64,000 nucleotides of DNA from Candidatus Enterosoma merdigallinarum (GCA_018714385.1 DVNL01000007.1:6037-70036), one strand, 5' to 3'; counted from the stretch's first letter, positions 30,130 to 41,529 are shown. Notes: generated by a model from the sequence alone, not told the origin. Translations and numbers: made by a program.

Positions 30130-30835
30130 GATCGCACGCAGGTCGCCCCGCTCCAAAGACATGCTCATTCTCTCCGTCCTTCTCAAGTCCGTGATCCTTC
30201 TTTTCTCCTTGGGCGCCTTCATCGTCACCGTGGTCGAGGCCATCGAGGATCGTTCGGCCCTCATCTTCTCCTATTTCACCATCATTTCCAACTTCTTCAT
30301 CCTTGTCACGACGATCGTCTTTCTCGTCGCGGACATCGGACGTTATTTCGACAAGGCGTGGTATGGCGGGCGCCTTGTGTTCATGCTTCGTTTCTTCGCC
30401 ATTATCGCCATCACGATGACGGGCCTTCTTTTCGACTTCGTCCTCGTTCCGGTCGGCGGCATCGAACTCCTGAATTCCTTCACGTCCGTGAGTTTCCACG
30501 TCGTGATCCCCTTCCTTTCGATGGCGGACTTCATTTTGACCAATACCGTCTATAAAATCCGCATCGCGGACATCTTCCTCTCCCTTGTCTACCCCATTGT
30601 CTATCTTGGCATGATCATGGCCATGTCCTATTCCGGCGTCCGTTGGGATGGCGGGACGACAGCGGCGCCATACCCCTTCTTGGACTATCTGGCCAACACG
30701 TGGTTTGGAAAAGGCGACTATATCGGTGTCTTCTATTGGATCTGGATCCTCCTTGCCGTCTTCCTTCTTCTGGGATTCCTCTACCGTTTTCTGCAATACA
30801 TTGCAAAAAGAAGGCATTTCCATCTTTTCCGATAG
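30122..30835 (+). CDS. Pr6Pr-family membrane protein
   Basis: 'YFTIISN', 'HVVIP', 'YPIVYL', 'PYPFLD'; about six TMs. Confidence 0.75.
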   Translation: MVEIARRSPRSKDMLILSVLLKSVILLFSLGAFIVTVVEAIEDRSALIFSYFTIISNFFILVTTIVFLVADIGRYFDKAWYGGRLVFMLRFFAIIAITMTGLLFDFVLVPVGGIELLNSFTSVSFHVVIPFLSMADFILTNTVYKIRIADIFLSLVYPIVYLGMIMAMSYSGVRWDGGTTAAPYPFLDYLANTWFGKGDYIGVFYWIWILLAVFLLLGFLYRFLQYIAKRRHFHLFR

Positions 30836-30926
30836 AGAACAAGAAAAAGGCGATTGTCCTCATAGGGTCGGATATTCTTTGGCTTTAAAGTGCAAAGGAA
30901 AGAAATCTCGATCGGGCAGTTCTATG

Positions 30927-30966
30927 AAAAAGGGCCAAGCCGATCGATGGACTTGGCCCTCTCTTT
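30927..30966. terminator. Probable bidirectional terminator
   Basis: agggccaag / cttggccct stem flanked by A and T runs between convergent genes. Confidence 0.6.
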
Positions 30967-31030
30967 ATAAGACGCCTTTCGGCCCATGGAACGTCCCGGC
31001 CGGAAAAGGTTTCAAAAGCCTTTCAGCAGG

Positions 31031-31450
31031 TCAATCTTCGTGGCAGCAGTCGTCCCCCTCGTGGCATCCGCAATGGCAGTGGCAGCCTTCCTCTTCGTGA
31101 TGGTGGTGGCAGCAGTGCCCGCCGAGGAGATGCTCGAGCGGAACCTTGGGGAGAGAACCGTCGAGGTATTCGTAGACGGCCTCGTTGACGTCTCCCATGA
31201 GGGCGGGATAGAGATCGACCTTTCTCTCGAGAAGGCCGTCGATTGCCGGTTTTCCGAGATTGCCGCAGATGAGAACTCCGGCCTTCTTCTCGGAAAGAAG
31301 GGCGAGCATGTATTCGTGTCCTTGCCCGGTGCACGGGACGATCTCGTCCTTGAGGATCTTGCCGTCTTCAATCTCGAAGAAGTGGATCGTCTTTGCCTTG
31401 CCGAGGTGCTCGGCGATTTCGCCTTCTTCTTCCGGTATCGCTATGATCAT
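31031..31450 (-). CDS. NifB/NifX-family protein with His/Cys-rich tail
   Basis: 'IAIP...IAEHLGKA', 'LICGNLG'; SD aaaggag; tail HCCHHHHEEEGCHCHCGCHEGDDCCHED. Confidence 0.85.
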   Translation of the reverse strand: MIIAIPEEEGEIAEHLGKAKTIHFFEIEDGKILKDEIVPCTGQGHEYMLALLSEKKAGVLICGNLGKPAIDGLLERKVDLYPALMGDVNEAVYEYLDGSLPKVPLEHLLGGHCCHHHHEEEGCHCHCGCHEGDDCCHED

Positions 31451-31515
31451 GTTCTTTCTCCTTTCCGGTGTTCTTTCAGTATCCGCGATGGTCATCCCGA
31501 TTGCAATCGTTTTGC

Positions 31516-31713
31516 TTAGACGTCCTTTTTCAGAAGGAGTTGATGTGGCGTCTTGGAAAGAAGGAGGAGAAGAGGAACGAGGACGGCGCCGATCTCGACG
31601 ATCCTCTCCTTGGCCGGGCTTAAACCGGTGGTTTCGAAATCCAGGGCGATGAAGCGCCGGAAGGCCTCGTCGGGAGTCTCCTTGACGATGCGAATATATT
31701 GGATTCTTTCCAC
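31516..31713 (-). pseudogene. Truncated DnaQ-like 3'-5' exonuclease (ExoI motif only)
   Basis: 'FIALDFETTGLSPAKERIVEIGAV' then unrelated residues and stop; SD ggagg and TATGAT upstream. Confidence 0.75.
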
Positions 31714-31782
31714 CTTGAGTCCTCCGGTATTTTGAAACTACGATATCATAGCCGAGGCGAGAGGTGAAGATTCCATATGCGG

Positions 31783-34350
31783 TCAGGCTTTCTTCCAAAC
31801 CAGGGCGTTTTCGCCGGACTCGAGTTTGCAGGATGTCCCGTCCGGATAGAAGAACGAGGCTTTGACGTTCGGAGGAATCGAGACTATGAAGCGATAGGTG
31901 CTGCCCTCCTGTCTTTGCCAGGCGCTTTCGACTCTGCCGTATATGCTCTCGTAGGTTCCCTTGGCGAAAGTTTCCTTTCCGCCGACGATCGGACGGATTT
32001 CTATTCTCCTGTCGGGAAGGATGTTGATGCCGAGCATTCCGTGGAAGAGCCATTCGACCATCGCCCCTTTGGAGTAGTGGTTGAGGGAGGCGATCCCTTG
32101 TTGTGCCATCGTGCCTTCCCAGCTCTCCCAGATCGTTCCCGTGTCGTTCTTGGCCATGAAAAGCCAGCCGGGCATCTCTTCGTTTTCCAAGAGACGATAG
32201 GCATATTCCGGGTCGATGGAGGCCAGGACGTCGAGGATCAAGGGGGTCGAGAGGAAACCTGTCCCGAGACGCCAATGATAATGCTCCATGGCGAGAATGA
32301 GCCTTTTCTTGGCGAAGTTCTCCTGCTCCGGGGTCAAAAGCCCTAGGGCGATGGGACGGACGAGCTTTGCCTGCCTGTCGGTGTCCAAAGTGTAGCCTTT
32401 TTTCGTCACGAGTTCTCGATAGGCTCGCTTGCAGCCTTCTGAATACTCTTTGAAAACGGCATAGTCTTCATCGCCATCTCTTCCAAGTATTGTCATAATG
32501 GCACACATTGTTTTCAAGACAAAAGAGGTATAGGCCGTCGATTCCTCTGGGTGCGGCGTTGCAAAGTCATACCAGGCGAAGGCACAGACGTCCGTCGGTT
32601 CTGCCCATTCTCCGTAGGATTGCCCCCTGTTGACGAAATACTTTTTGTTTTCCCGGGACATCGGGACGTGATGGCTGTAGGGCCCTCCCCAACGGTTGCA
32701 GCGGCGGATCATGAAATGGCAGTACTTTTTCATGCCATCGTAGTATTCTTCCAGGATGCGCCTGTCGTTGTATTTCTGATAGAACCAGTAGGGCATCAAT
32801 ATCCCGACGTCCGCCCAGCCGACCGATCCATTCATCACCCACATGAACCAATCTTCGTTGGAGAAGGGGGCGATTTGGGGGAGGCGGCCGCTTTTCCATT
32901 GCCGGTCATAGACATCCCTAAGATGCTTCTTGGCGAAGCTTTCGAAATCGGTGAGATAGCTTGCGGTCTTGAAGAAGACCTGGCTGTCTCCCGTCCACCC
33001 CATCCTTTCTCTTGTCGGGCAATCCGTCGGGATGTCGATGGTATTGCTTTTCAGTGACCAAAGGGTGTTTCGGTAGAATCGCGTGATCAGGGGGTTGGAG
33101 CATTCGAAGGAGGATGTCTCCTCGAAATCGGAGTAGAGGGCGATCTGTTCGAAATCCTCTTTTCGGAGGCCTTCGACATCGGTCGTGATTTCGACGTAGC
33201 GATAGCCGAAGAAGGCAAAGCGGGTCTCGTAGACGTTCTCTCCCTCCTTGCAGAGATAGTCGACCTCCTGGAGAGGACTTTTCTTTCCTTTGTAGGTGCA
33301 TTGGATGTTTTTGAGGGAGACGTGGCCTTTTTCGTCCAAGAGCTCGCCGAAGACCAGATGGATTCTCTGTTCTTTCCTGGCATGGATGCGGAAGGCGAGG
33401 ATGCCGGCGAGGTTCTGACGGAAGGCGAGGACATAGTTTCCCTTTCCGAGCGTTGCCATCGTCTCGGGCAGGAAACGTTCCTTTTTCCTTATGGGGACAT
33501 TGTCCGGGAAGGAAAGGTGACGTCTCTCCTCGACGACACGTGCCTTTTTGGAGTAGGAATAGGACTTGTTGGCATCAACCTTTTCTCCGTCTTTGAGATC
33601 GGCGAAACGGATCGGGCCGTCATCCGACCAGTTGAAAGATCCGTCCGAAAGGATTGTCTCCGTCTTTCCGTCCTCATAGGACAGCTCGAGCTGAAGGAAG
33701 AGAGCCGTCCTCTTGCCGAAGGTGTTCCTTCTTCCCTTGGCGCCGATGCTGCCGCGGAACCAGCCGTCGGCCAGTTCCACCTCCAGCCTGTTGCGCCCGA
33801 CGAGAAGGTCGCCTTTGACGTCGTAGCATTGGACCTGCACCCTTTTTCCGTAGTCGGTCGATCCCGGTGCGAGCAGGAATTCGTCGTTTCTCTTTCCGTT
33901 CAGGGAGAAGGAATAGAGACCGAGGGCGGTGATGTAGAGCCTTGCCTTTTTGGGCAATTTGTCCAGATCGAATTCCTTGAGGAAGCCGTCGACGGGATAG
34001 CGCCTTTTCTTGCAAGGACGATAATCGCCGCTGATCCATTTTGCGGCGAGATCGCCTTCTTCTGGGGCGATCTCGAAACGTCTTTCCTCGCTTTTCGCTC
34101 CCCAGATGCCGTTTTCGTCCTGGACCCGGACGGTGAAGTGGACGGATTGCCTGCCCTTGAGCCCGTCGAAGTCATGGAACATGTCCGCCGTCTTCCTCTC
34201 CAAAAGGAAGGGGGTGTCGTCTATCGTTCCTTCGATCCGATAGGCCTGCTGTCTTTTCCCGCCTTGCAGAGCCCATGTCGCCCGAGGCGTCCGGTTTCCC
34301 AACGCCAGGACATCTTTCAGGCCGTCGATGCGGACGCGGACGGGTTTCAT
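31783..34350 (-). CDS. GH78 alpha-L-rhamnosidase
   Basis: '[11 protein letters not shown]', '[16 protein letters not shown]', 'TGFLSTP', 'TIWESW', 'SLNHY'. Confidence 0.93.
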   Translation of the reverse strand: MKPVRVRIDGLKDVLALGNRTPRATWALQGGKRQQAYRIEGTIDDTPFLLERKTADMFHDFDGLKGRQSVHFTVRVQDENGIWGAKSEERRFEIAPEEGDLAAKWISGDYRPCKKRRYPVDGFLKEFDLDKLPKKARLYITALGLYSFSLNGKRNDEFLLAPGSTDYGKRVQVQCYDVKGDLLVGRNRLEVELADGWFRGSIGAKGRRNTFGKRTALFLQLELSYEDGKTETILSDGSFNWSDDGPIRFADLKDGEKVDANKSYSYSKKARVVEERRHLSFPDNVPIRKKERFLPETMATLGKGNYVLAFRQNLAGILAFRIHARKEQRIHLVFGELLDEKGHVSLKNIQCTYKGKKSPLQEVDYLCKEGENVYETRFAFFGYRYVEITTDVEGLRKEDFEQIALYSDFEETSSFECSNPLITRFYRNTLWSLKSNTIDIPTDCPTRERMGWTGDSQVFFKTASYLTDFESFAKKHLRDVYDRQWKSGRLPQIAPFSNEDWFMWVMNGSVGWADVGILMPYWFYQKYNDRRILEEYYDGMKKYCHFMIRRCNRWGGPYSHHVPMSRENKKYFVNRGQSYGEWAEPTDVCAFAWYDFATPHPEESTAYTSFVLKTMCAIMTILGRDGDEDYAVFKEYSEGCKRAYRELVTKKGYTLDTDRQAKLVRPIALGLLTPEQENFAKKRLILAMEHYHWRLGTGFLSTPLILDVLASIDPEYAYRLLENEEMPGWLFMAKNDTGTIWESWEGTMAQQGIASLNHYSKGAMVEWLFHGMLGINILPDRRIEIRPIVGGKETFAKGTYESIYGRVESAWQRQEGSTYRFIVSIPPNVKASFFYPDGTSCKLESGENALVWKKA

Positions 34351-36302
34351 CTTTTTTCCTCCTTCTTTTCAAGAAGCCGGCGGAAGTCTTCGAGGAGCCA
34401 AAGATCCTGGAGATTCTCCTGGTAATGGCGATAGACCTTCTCGCCCTTTTCCTCTTCTTTCCGCCAATAGGCATCGAGCCTTTCCTCATGCCTTTCTTGC
34501 TTGAGGCGGCGATTTGCCTTCTGCTCTTCTGTCAGGCGCCTTGCCTTTTCTTCCGCCTTGAGGCGTCTCTTCTTTTCTTTCTTGGCTTCTTTTTCCTTTT
34601 GCTTCTGCTCTTTCTCGAGTCCTTGAGCCTTCTTCAGACGCATCGCCTCCTTGTGCTTCTTAAGCTCGTCGATGAAGTCGAGTCCTTTCCTCTTGCAGCG
34701 TTCCTCAAGCTCGAGGACATAGTTTTTCTCCGCCTCTTCTTCCTGGCGAAGGATGTCTTCGGCATTTCTTTCCGCGGCGGGCTTCCATTCCTTTCCCTCA
34801 GCCAGGTATTGTGCCTTCTCTCTTTCGACGAGGACGTTCTGCTTTCGTTCAATCGTCTTCTCGACATTGATGAAGAGAAGAATGATGGCACAAAGGATAC
34901 CGGTGATGATTTCAATTCCGAGGAATGACCAGACGAAGAGATTCTCGACTCCGGCGTTCTGGTTGAAGATGTAGGTCGTCTCGTCGACGATTTTCTGAAT
35001 CGTGGCGCCTTCCACCACCGTGTCGGAGGGGGCGAGATATCCTGTCATCGAAAGCAGGAGATTGAAGATGCCCGTTGCAATGCCGACGGTGCTGGTGGCG
35101 ATGATGTTGTAGGCGGACATGGAGACGCCGTCGCTTCGAAATCCCGTCTTCCACTCGAGGTGGTCGAGATCGTCGGCGAAAAGGGCCATGAAGACGTAGG
35201 CGCTAGGAAGTCCGCCCATGTTCTTGATGAACTGCCCGGTCAGAACGACGCCCATGTTGGTCGGCGCCATGAAGCAGATCGCCGAGCCGAGGGCATAGAG
35301 AAGGAAACCGATGACGGTGACGTTCCTCTTCCCGAAGCGCTTTGCCAAGGGCCAAACCATAAAGATGCCGATGCCCATCGGGATGCCGCCGATGACGGAG
35401 ACAAGCGTCTGCGTGACGCCGTCGTTGTATTCGCCCAGGATGTAGTTGCAATAGTAGACGAGGCCGAGGTTCTTGAATGTCGTCCCTGCCGTGTAGACGA
35501 GGAAGTAGAGCAGCAGGAGAAGATAGTACTTGTCCGTGAAGAGGGCCTTCAATTGGAGGAGGAAGGGCGTTTTCTTCTCATTTTCCACGCCGGCCTTCTC
35601 CTCGGTGATTCTCTCTTTGGTGAAGTAGTATTCCAACAGGGTGAGCGGAAGGGCAAGAATGGAAATGATGGACATGAGGACGATCCAGCTTTCCTTGTCG
35701 ACACCGACGATCGGCATGATGACCATCGGGAAGACGAGGGCGACGATGATGCCGGTGATCATGATCGTCGAAACCTGCTTGAAGACGGAGAGGCTTCCTC
35801 TCTGCGTCGTGTTTCGCGTGGAAAGGGTGACCATCATGTTGTCGGCCATCGAATAGATGGAATAGGCCAGGGAATAGAACAGGTTGTAGCTGAACATGAC
35901 CCAGATGACCTTCACCGTCTGATTTGCCTCCGGGACGATGAAAAGCAGGATGCCGGTGATGGTCAAAAGGGGGGCGGCGATAAGTAGCCAGGGACGCGCT
36001 TTCCCTTGCTTCGTCCGGGTTCTGTCTATCAGGTAGCCATAGAGGATGTCCACCACGGCGTCGATGACTTTCGAGAGAATCGGGAAGACCGTCAGGAAGA
36101 GGCCTCCCCAGAGGCTCGTCAAGTTCAGGACGTCGGTATAGTAGATGTTGAGATAGGTGCTAAGGACTGCATTGAGAAGCAGGGCACCTGCCGGACCGAT
36201 GAGATAGCCGAACCATTTCTCGGAATTGGTGACATTGCGGCTTTTGACCTGCGAGTTGAAGAGGGGAGCGTCCAAGCGTCTAACTCTTTCGATTGCCTTC
36301 AT
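34347..36302 (-). CDS. GPH-family (MelB-like) MFS glycoside:cation symporter with charged C-terminal extension
   Basis: '[19 protein letters not shown]', 'KRFGKRN', '[10 protein letters not shown]'; ~170-aa K/E/R-rich tail. Confidence 0.88.
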   Translation of the reverse strand: MKAIERVRRLDAPLFNSQVKSRNVTNSEKWFGYLIGPAGALLLNAVLSTYLNIYYTDVLNLTSLWGGLFLTVFPILSKVIDAVVDILYGYLIDRTRTKQGKARPWLLIAAPLLTITGILLFIVPEANQTVKVIWVMFSYNLFYSLAYSIYSMADNMMVTLSTRNTTQRGSLSVFKQVSTIMITGIIVALVFPMVIMPIVGVDKESWIVLMSIISILALPLTLLEYYFTKERITEEKAGVENEKKTPFLLQLKALFTDKYYLLLLLYFLVYTAGTTFKNLGLVYYCNYILGEYNDGVTQTLVSVIGGIPMGIGIFMVWPLAKRFGKRNVTVIGFLLYALGSAICFMAPTNMGVVLTGQFIKNMGGLPSAYVFMALFADDLDHLEWKTGFRSDGVSMSAYNIIATSTVGIATGIFNLLLSMTGYLAPSDTVVEGATIQKIVDETTYIFNQNAGVENLFVWSFLGIEIITGILCAIILLFINVEKTIERKQNVLVEREKAQYLAEGKEWKPAAERNAEDILRQEEEAEKNYVLELEERCKRKGLDFIDELKKHKEAMRLKKAQGLEKEQKQKEKEAKKEKKRRLKAEEKARRLTEEQKANRRLKQERHEERLDAYWRKEEEKGEKVYRHYQENLQDLWLLEDFRRLLEKKEEKR

Positions 36303-38715
36303 GGTATGTCTCCTTTCTCAGAAGCTTTTTGATGCCTTTTATGAAGTGGCCGTTGACGAAGTCCAATATCGCGCGGGCGATCTTCGGATCGAACTTTCCG
36401 CTTGAGGAATAGGCCATGGAGCGTAGGCAGTTGTATGGCATCATCCTGTAGACGAAGAGGCCGGCCTTCTTTTCCCGCTCTTTTTCCGGTCCGTCCTCCA
36501 TTTTCAAGGCCTTGCGGTATTGGCCTTTCCCGACGTTGGCTGTCGCCTTGCAGAAGATCTTTCCGAACAAAGATTCGAATTCCTCGATCGGAGTTTCCAT
36601 CGTATAGGGTCTTTTTCCGCGGACATAGTCTGGAATCCTCCGCCCAAGCACCTTTTCGAAGTCTTCCTTTTTCAAGGACGTGAGCTTCTGGATATCGCCA
36701 TAGCTTTCCTCGAACAGGATGTCTTGCGATGGGGACTCGCCATCGATTTCGACAGTGCCTTCCAATAGGTTTTCATGGACATTTTTCCCGATTTGGACAA
36801 GATAGTTTCCTTTTTCGATGACGAACCGCTTTTCGATCCTGTCATAGACTTGGATATCTTCTTTTGGAATGATTATTCGGACTGTCTTTTCTTCTTGCGG
36901 TTCGAGAGAAACTTTTTCGAATCCCTTAAGTTCTTTTTGGGGACGGACAAGACGGCTTCCTTGAAGGGAAAGATAGACCTGGACGACTTCCTTTGCCGCC
37001 ATCGGCCCGATGTTTCTGACATCGACACAGACTTCCAAACCATCGTCCGTTGTCTCAATAGCGAGATTGCGATAACGGAATCGGGAATAGGAGAGACCAT
37101 GGCCGAAGGGGAAGAGGACATCTTTCTTCGCCGTCTCGCTGTATCGATAGCCCACGAAGATAGACTCTCTGTAGAGCTCTTGCGGGCAGGAGACGAAATC
37201 TTTCTGGAATGGCGTGTCGGAGAGTTTCCTCCGCCACGTTTCGGCAAGCCTTCCCGATGGGGAGACCTTGCCGAAAAGAAGCCGGTAGGTTGCCTCGCCG
37301 CCCCCTTCTCCAGGAAGGGAAAAAAGAAGGAGGCCGGCGATGCTTTGGATATCTTCCATCTCGATGCTGCTACCACCGAAGAGAAGAAACACGATTTTCT
37401 TGCCTTTCTCGATGAGTTTCTTGAGAAGGCGGGACTGGTTCTCCGGGATTTGCATGGTTTCCCGATCGAAACCTTCCGATTCGACGTAGTCGTTCTGTCC
37501 GCCAAAGAAGAGGATAGTATCATAGCCCTCCGACAAATGGAGGGCCTCTTCTTCCAAGGCCGGATCCGGATTGAGTTCCGACTCGTTGTAGCCTCTGGCA
37601 AACCGGAAACGGATGTTGTGGTTCTCAAAGGCTGCCTTTGGGGAGACGAGACGATAGGGGTTGAGAAGAGAGGAGCCGGAGCCTTGGTATCGCATCTTGT
37701 CGAAGAAGTCGCCGACAACGCAGTATTCTTCCTCTTCGGACAGGGGAAGGACGTCTTCGTTCTTGAGAAGGACTGCCGATTCCTCGGCGACCCGGACGGC
37801 GAGGGCGTAGTCCTCTTTCAGGATTTCTTCGCCGTATTTCTTTTTGTGCCCGGTTTTTTCGATCGTCCTGAAGAGGCGGCGGAGGGAGGCATCGACCTTT
37901 TCCTCCGGAATATGTCCGGAAAGAACGCCGTCGACGATCTTGTTGACGTTTTCCTTGTTCATGCCCGGCATTTCCAGGTCCTGGCCTGCCAGGATCGCTT
38001 TCTCTCTATCGACGATGCCACCCCAATCCGTCATGGCAAGTCCGTCAAAGCCCCATTCTTTTCTCAGGATGTCATCGAGGAGCCATCTGTTCTCGGAGCA
38101 ATGCACGCCATTGATCTTGTTGTAGGCGGACATGACGGAAAGGGGATGGGCCTTCCGGATTATTCTTTCGAAAGGCCGGAGGTAGATTTCAAAAAGAGCC
38201 CTTTCGTCGAGGATGGAATCGCCGACGAAGCGATATTTCTCGTTGTTGTTGCAGGCAAAGTGCTTTACTGAGCAGCCGACGCCCTCCTCTTGGACGCCCA
38301 GGACATAGGAAGCCGCCAATTCGCCGGCGAGAAGCGGGTCTTCGCTGAGATACTCGAAGTTCCTGCCGCAGAGCGGATTCCTCTTGATGTTGACGGCCGG
38401 ACCAAGCAGGATGTCGACATTGTGATAGCCGCATTCCTTGCCGAGGGCCTTTCCCATCTCGTGGATCAGGTCACGGTCGAAACTGCATGCCCATGTCGAG
38501 GCGGAGGGGAAACAGGTCGAGGGCAGGCTCTCGCTGATGCCGGAGAGGGAATCACCCGTTTCATCGAGCTTCCTGACGCCGTTGGGGCCGTCGGAAAGCT
38601 CCATGGCGCGTATTCCCTTCTCGGCGATGGCATGCGTCTTGTTGGCTTTGTCGCCAGACAACAGCCGGGCTTTTTCCAAGAGCGTCAGCTCTTTCAATGT
38701 CTGTTCCACATCCAT
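36280..38715 (-). CDS. GH3 beta-glucosidase (cytoplasmic, canonical domain order)
   Basis: 'SDGPNGVR', '[11 protein letters not shown]', 'KHFACN', 'MTDWG', 'PFGHGLSY'; SD ggagg before ATG 38715. Confidence 0.93.
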   Translation of the reverse strand: MDVEQTLKELTLLEKARLLSGDKANKTHAIAEKGIRAMELSDGPNGVRKLDETGDSLSGISESLPSTCFPSASTWACSFDRDLIHEMGKALGKECGYHNVDILLGPAVNIKRNPLCGRNFEYLSEDPLLAGELAASYVLGVQEEGVGCSVKHFACNNNEKYRFVGDSILDERALFEIYLRPFERIIRKAHPLSVMSAYNKINGVHCSENRWLLDDILRKEWGFDGLAMTDWGGIVDREKAILAGQDLEMPGMNKENVNKIVDGVLSGHIPEEKVDASLRRLFRTIEKTGHKKKYGEEILKEDYALAVRVAEESAVLLKNEDVLPLSEEEEYCVVGDFFDKMRYQGSGSSLLNPYRLVSPKAAFENHNIRFRFARGYNESELNPDPALEEEALHLSEGYDTILFFGGQNDYVESEGFDRETMQIPENQSRLLKKLIEKGKKIVFLLFGGSSIEMEDIQSIAGLLLFSLPGEGGGEATYRLLFGKVSPSGRLAETWRRKLSDTPFQKDFVSCPQELYRESIFVGYRYSETAKKDVLFPFGHGLSYSRFRYRNLAIETTDDGLEVCVDVRNIGPMAAKEVVQVYLSLQGSRLVRPQKELKGFEKVSLEPQEEKTVRIIIPKEDIQVYDRIEKRFVIEKGNYLVQIGKNVHENLLEGTVEIDGESPSQDILFEESYGDIQKLTSLKKEDFEKVLGRRIPDYVRGKRPYTMETPIEEFESLFGKIFCKATANVGKGQYRKALKMEDGPEKEREKKAGLFVYRMMPYNCLRSMAYSSSGKFDPKIARAILDFVNGHFIKGIKKLLRKETYHEGNRKS

Positions 38716-38728
38716 GGTCTCTCCTCCA

Positions 38729-38742
38729 TGTAAACGCTTTAC
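38729..38742. promoter_or_regulatory. cre-like operator
   Basis: tgtaaacgctttac, 12/14 to TGWAARCGYTWWCA, next to the GH3 SD. Confidence 0.45.
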
Positions 38743-38812
38743 TTTAAGTCTAAAGCCTGGCAAAAATCGTTCTTGTCTTTTTCTGCAAAAATTTTGTATA
38801 TTTGTGCTAGCC

Positions 38813-40018
38813 ATGGATATTGAGAAATTGTCCTATTTCGCAAAAAGCATCGCCGATATGGCCGGCGTCCCTGTCAGGATCGTCGACAAAAAAGGGACGA
38901 TTGCCTTTTTTTCGAATGTTTTTCTGAAAAAAGATCCCTATATTCTGTTTTCGGATGAAATTCAAAAACAGGCGAAAGATGCCGGCATTTATTTCACGAA
39001 AGATTTTTATTATTTTGCCTTCCTGCGCCTTGCGGAAGGGATCGTTGTCATCGGACCGGCGAGACACTACCCGGAAAGTCCCTCCGAGCTGAGAAGGAAG
39101 GGCTTTCTTCTCGGCCTCGAAAAAGAGGATGCCGATGTCTTCGCCTCGTCGATGAAGTCGATCGTCAGCATGCCGGCGGAGACACTCCTTCAAATCCTGC
39201 TCATGGTCGACTATGCCTTGACGGGAAGGAAAAGGTCTCTCAAGGACATCTTGGTCTCGGAGGACCGGGAAAAGCTTTCCGCTACCCGGATCCCGGAAGG
39301 TCCGCCCATCGAAAATCCGCTTCCCCACAATACCTTCCTTGTCGAGAAGACGCTTGTTCGTATCGTCAAGGAAGGGGATGTCGCCGCTTTTCGAAGCCTG
39401 GTCGAAACCCTTCCTCCCATACGGCCTGGGTTCCTGTCGGAAGACTATCTCAGGCAGAACCAGAACACCTTCATCGTCACGGCGACTCTGATAAGCCGTG
39501 CCGCCGTCGAGGGCGGGTTGGACATCAACGTTTCGCTTCAGTTGAGCGATCTCTATATCCAGAGGGCGGAAAGGACGAAGGATCCTTCCTCCATCCTTTC
39601 CCTTCAGGTGCAGATGATCCAGGACTATGTCTCCAGGGTCCATGCCTTGTCCCTTGACGGCAGGGCGACAAAGCTGACGGCGGAGGTTTCCCGATACCTG
39701 GAAGACCATCTCGGGGAGGAGGTGTCCGTCAAGACCATCGCCAAGGCTCTTTTCATGAGCGAGAGCACCCTGTCCCATCGCTTTCGCAAGGAAAGAGGCA
39801 TCCCATTGAAGACGTTCCTTCAGGAAAGGAAGACGAAAGAGGCGAAACGCCTTTTGAAGGAGACCGATCGGAGTCTCATGGAGATATCGACCTATCTCAG
39901 CTTCCGTTCCCAGAGCCATTTTTCCAAATCGTTCCGGGCACAGACGGGAATGTCACCGAAAGCCTATCGCGACAAAGCTCGCATTCAGGAAGGAAAGGAA
40001 GAGGAGGAAGGACGATGA
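38813..40018 (+). CDS. AraC-family transcriptional regulator
   Basis: C-terminal 'IAKALFMSESTLSHRFRKE...FRSQSHFSKSFRAQTGMSPKAYR'; start taken at MDIEKL. Confidence 0.9.
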   Translation: MDIEKLSYFAKSIADMAGVPVRIVDKKGTIAFFSNVFLKKDPYILFSDEIQKQAKDAGIYFTKDFYYFAFLRLAEGIVVIGPARHYPESPSELRRKGFLLGLEKEDADVFASSMKSIVSMPAETLLQILLMVDYALTGRKRSLKDILVSEDREKLSATRIPEGPPIENPLPHNTFLVEKTLVRIVKEGDVAAFRSLVETLPPIRPGFLSEDYLRQNQNTFIVTATLISRAAVEGGLDINVSLQLSDLYIQRAERTKDPSSILSLQVQMIQDYVSRVHALSLDGRATKLTAEVSRYLEDHLGEEVSVKTIAKALFMSESTLSHRFRKERGIPLKTFLQERKTKEAKRLLKETDRSLMEISTYLSFRSQSHFSKSFRAQTGMSPKAYRDKARIQEGKEEEEGR

Positions 40019-41529
40019 AAGTCACGATATTGGGGGCGACCGGAAACATGGGCAGAGCGACGATAAAAGCCCTCCTGCCCTTGCCCTTTGTCGAGACGTT
40101 GTCCGTCTTGATCCGCAGCCGAAGAAAAGAGGAGGCCTTCCGCAAGACATTTGCCAGAGACATCGATCGGTTCGACATCGTCCTTGGCGACACGACGGAC
40201 GAAGAGGCTCTTTCCCGGCTTGTCGACGGCAGCGATGTCGTCATCGATCTTGCAGCTTCTATCCCGCCCCACTCCGACCATGACCCTAAAGGCGCCGTCG
40301 CGGCGAACGAGGAAGGCCCGAAAAGAGTGGTCCGCATCCTGAAAAGAGAGAATCCGACGGCTTTTTTCATCCATGTCTCGACCGTCGCCCTCTATGGCGA
40401 CAGGACTCTCGCCCATCCTATCGGCAAGGTCGGCGACCCCGTCCTGCCCTCGCCGCTTGATATGTATTCGACCACCAAGGCGAGAGGAGAGCTTGCCGTG
40501 TTGGAGTCCGGGCTTCCGCGATGGATCGTCTTGAGGCAGACGGCGATGTTCTCCGACGATCTTCTCAAAAACAACATGAACGACGGACTGATGTTCCACA
40601 CGCGTCTTGACAGTCCCTTGGAATGGGTTTCCGACAAAGACAGCGCCACGCTTCTTTCACGCATTGTGACGGCAAAGGAGGAGGGAAGGCTTCCGGAAGA
40701 TTTTTATCGACGAGTCTATGATGTCGCAGGTGGAAAAAGATCTCGGGTCTATGGGTACCAGGTCTTCTCCCTCGGCCTTTCTTTGGCCGGCCTTTCCTTC
40801 CGAAAGGTCTTCCGTCCCAAGGATTTCGTGACTAGGAACTTCCACGGCGTCTGGTATGAGGATGTCAATCCATTGCAGGAAATGTTCTCATATCAAAACG
40901 ATTCGATCTATGACTATTTTGAGTTGCAGCGTAAAAAACATCCGTTATGGAAGATGGCAAGGTGTCTTCCGCAATCCTTCATCCGCCATATTTTATGCGA
41001 CGTCCTTCTTGGCAAGAACGACAACACACCATCCCTTTGGTATAAAAGGAAGGATGAAGCCCGAATAACGGCTTTCTTCGGTGGATTTCAGGCCTATGAG
41101 TCCTTGCCCTCGACGTGGAAGGATTTCCCTCTCCCGGAAAAGATTCCAGACGACTTGAAAGGTCTTGATCCTCTCTACGACAGAGACAAGCCGGAGGAGG
41201 AAATCGATTTCGAGGACCTGAAGAATCTTGCCAGGCTCCATGGCGGCGAGTTTTTGGAGTCGTCCTTCCAGAAAGGGGATGTCCATACGCCCTTGGCCTT
41301 TAAGGATCAGGACGGGAACGACTTTCGCATGAGCGCCTATTCTGTCTACAAGGCGGGACACTGGAACAATCCGAGCCTTTCGAGGTTGGTTTGGGATTTC
41401 GACAGAATATCCAAACGCGATAGGATCTATGCCCAAGTCTGGCTGGAGTCGCATTCCATAGGGGAGGACGTTCTCTACGGGATGGACGAAAACTTCCTCC
41501 CCTATGTCCGGAAAGGAGGCAAAGCATGA
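40015..41529 (+). CDS. Extended SDR (NAD-dependent epimerase/dehydrogenase)
   Basis: GATGNMG Rossmann motif, 'HVSTVALYG', catalytic YSTTK. Confidence 0.85.
   Translation: MKVTILGATGNMGRATIKALLPLPFVETLSVLIRSRRKEEAFRKTFARDIDRFDIVLGDTTDEEALSRLVDGSDVVIDLAASIPPHSDHDPKGAVAANEEGPKRVVRILKRENPTAFFIHVSTVALYGDRTLAHPIGKVGDPVLPSPLDMYSTTKARGELAVLESGLPRWIVLRQTAMFSDDLLKNNMNDGLMFHTRLDSPLEWVSDKDSATLLSRIVTAKEEGRLPEDFYRRVYDVAGGKRSRVYGYQVFSLGLSLAGLSFRKVFRPKDFVTRNFHGVWYEDVNPLQEMFSYQNDSIYDYFELQRKKHPLWKMARCLPQSFIRHILCDVLLGKNDNTPSLWYKRKDEARITAFFGGFQAYESLPSTWKDFPLPEKIPDDLKGLDPLYDRDKPEEEIDFEDLKNLARLHGGEFLESSFQKGDVHTPLAFKDQDGNDFRMSAYSVYKAGHWNNPSLSRLVWDFDRISKRDRIYAQVWLESHSIGEDVLYGMDENFLPYVRKGGKA

Noticed and set aside
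31031-32275. 414-aa ORF as one protein
   Set aside because: Only the last 139 aa (from ATG 31450 with SD) are NifX-like; the rest overlaps GH78 and the exonuclease fragment out of frame
38438-38814. N-terminal extensions of AraC (from 38438) and GH3 (from 38814)
   Set aside because: They overlap each other head-to-head; true starts are better placed at 38813 and 38715, leaving a divergent promoter
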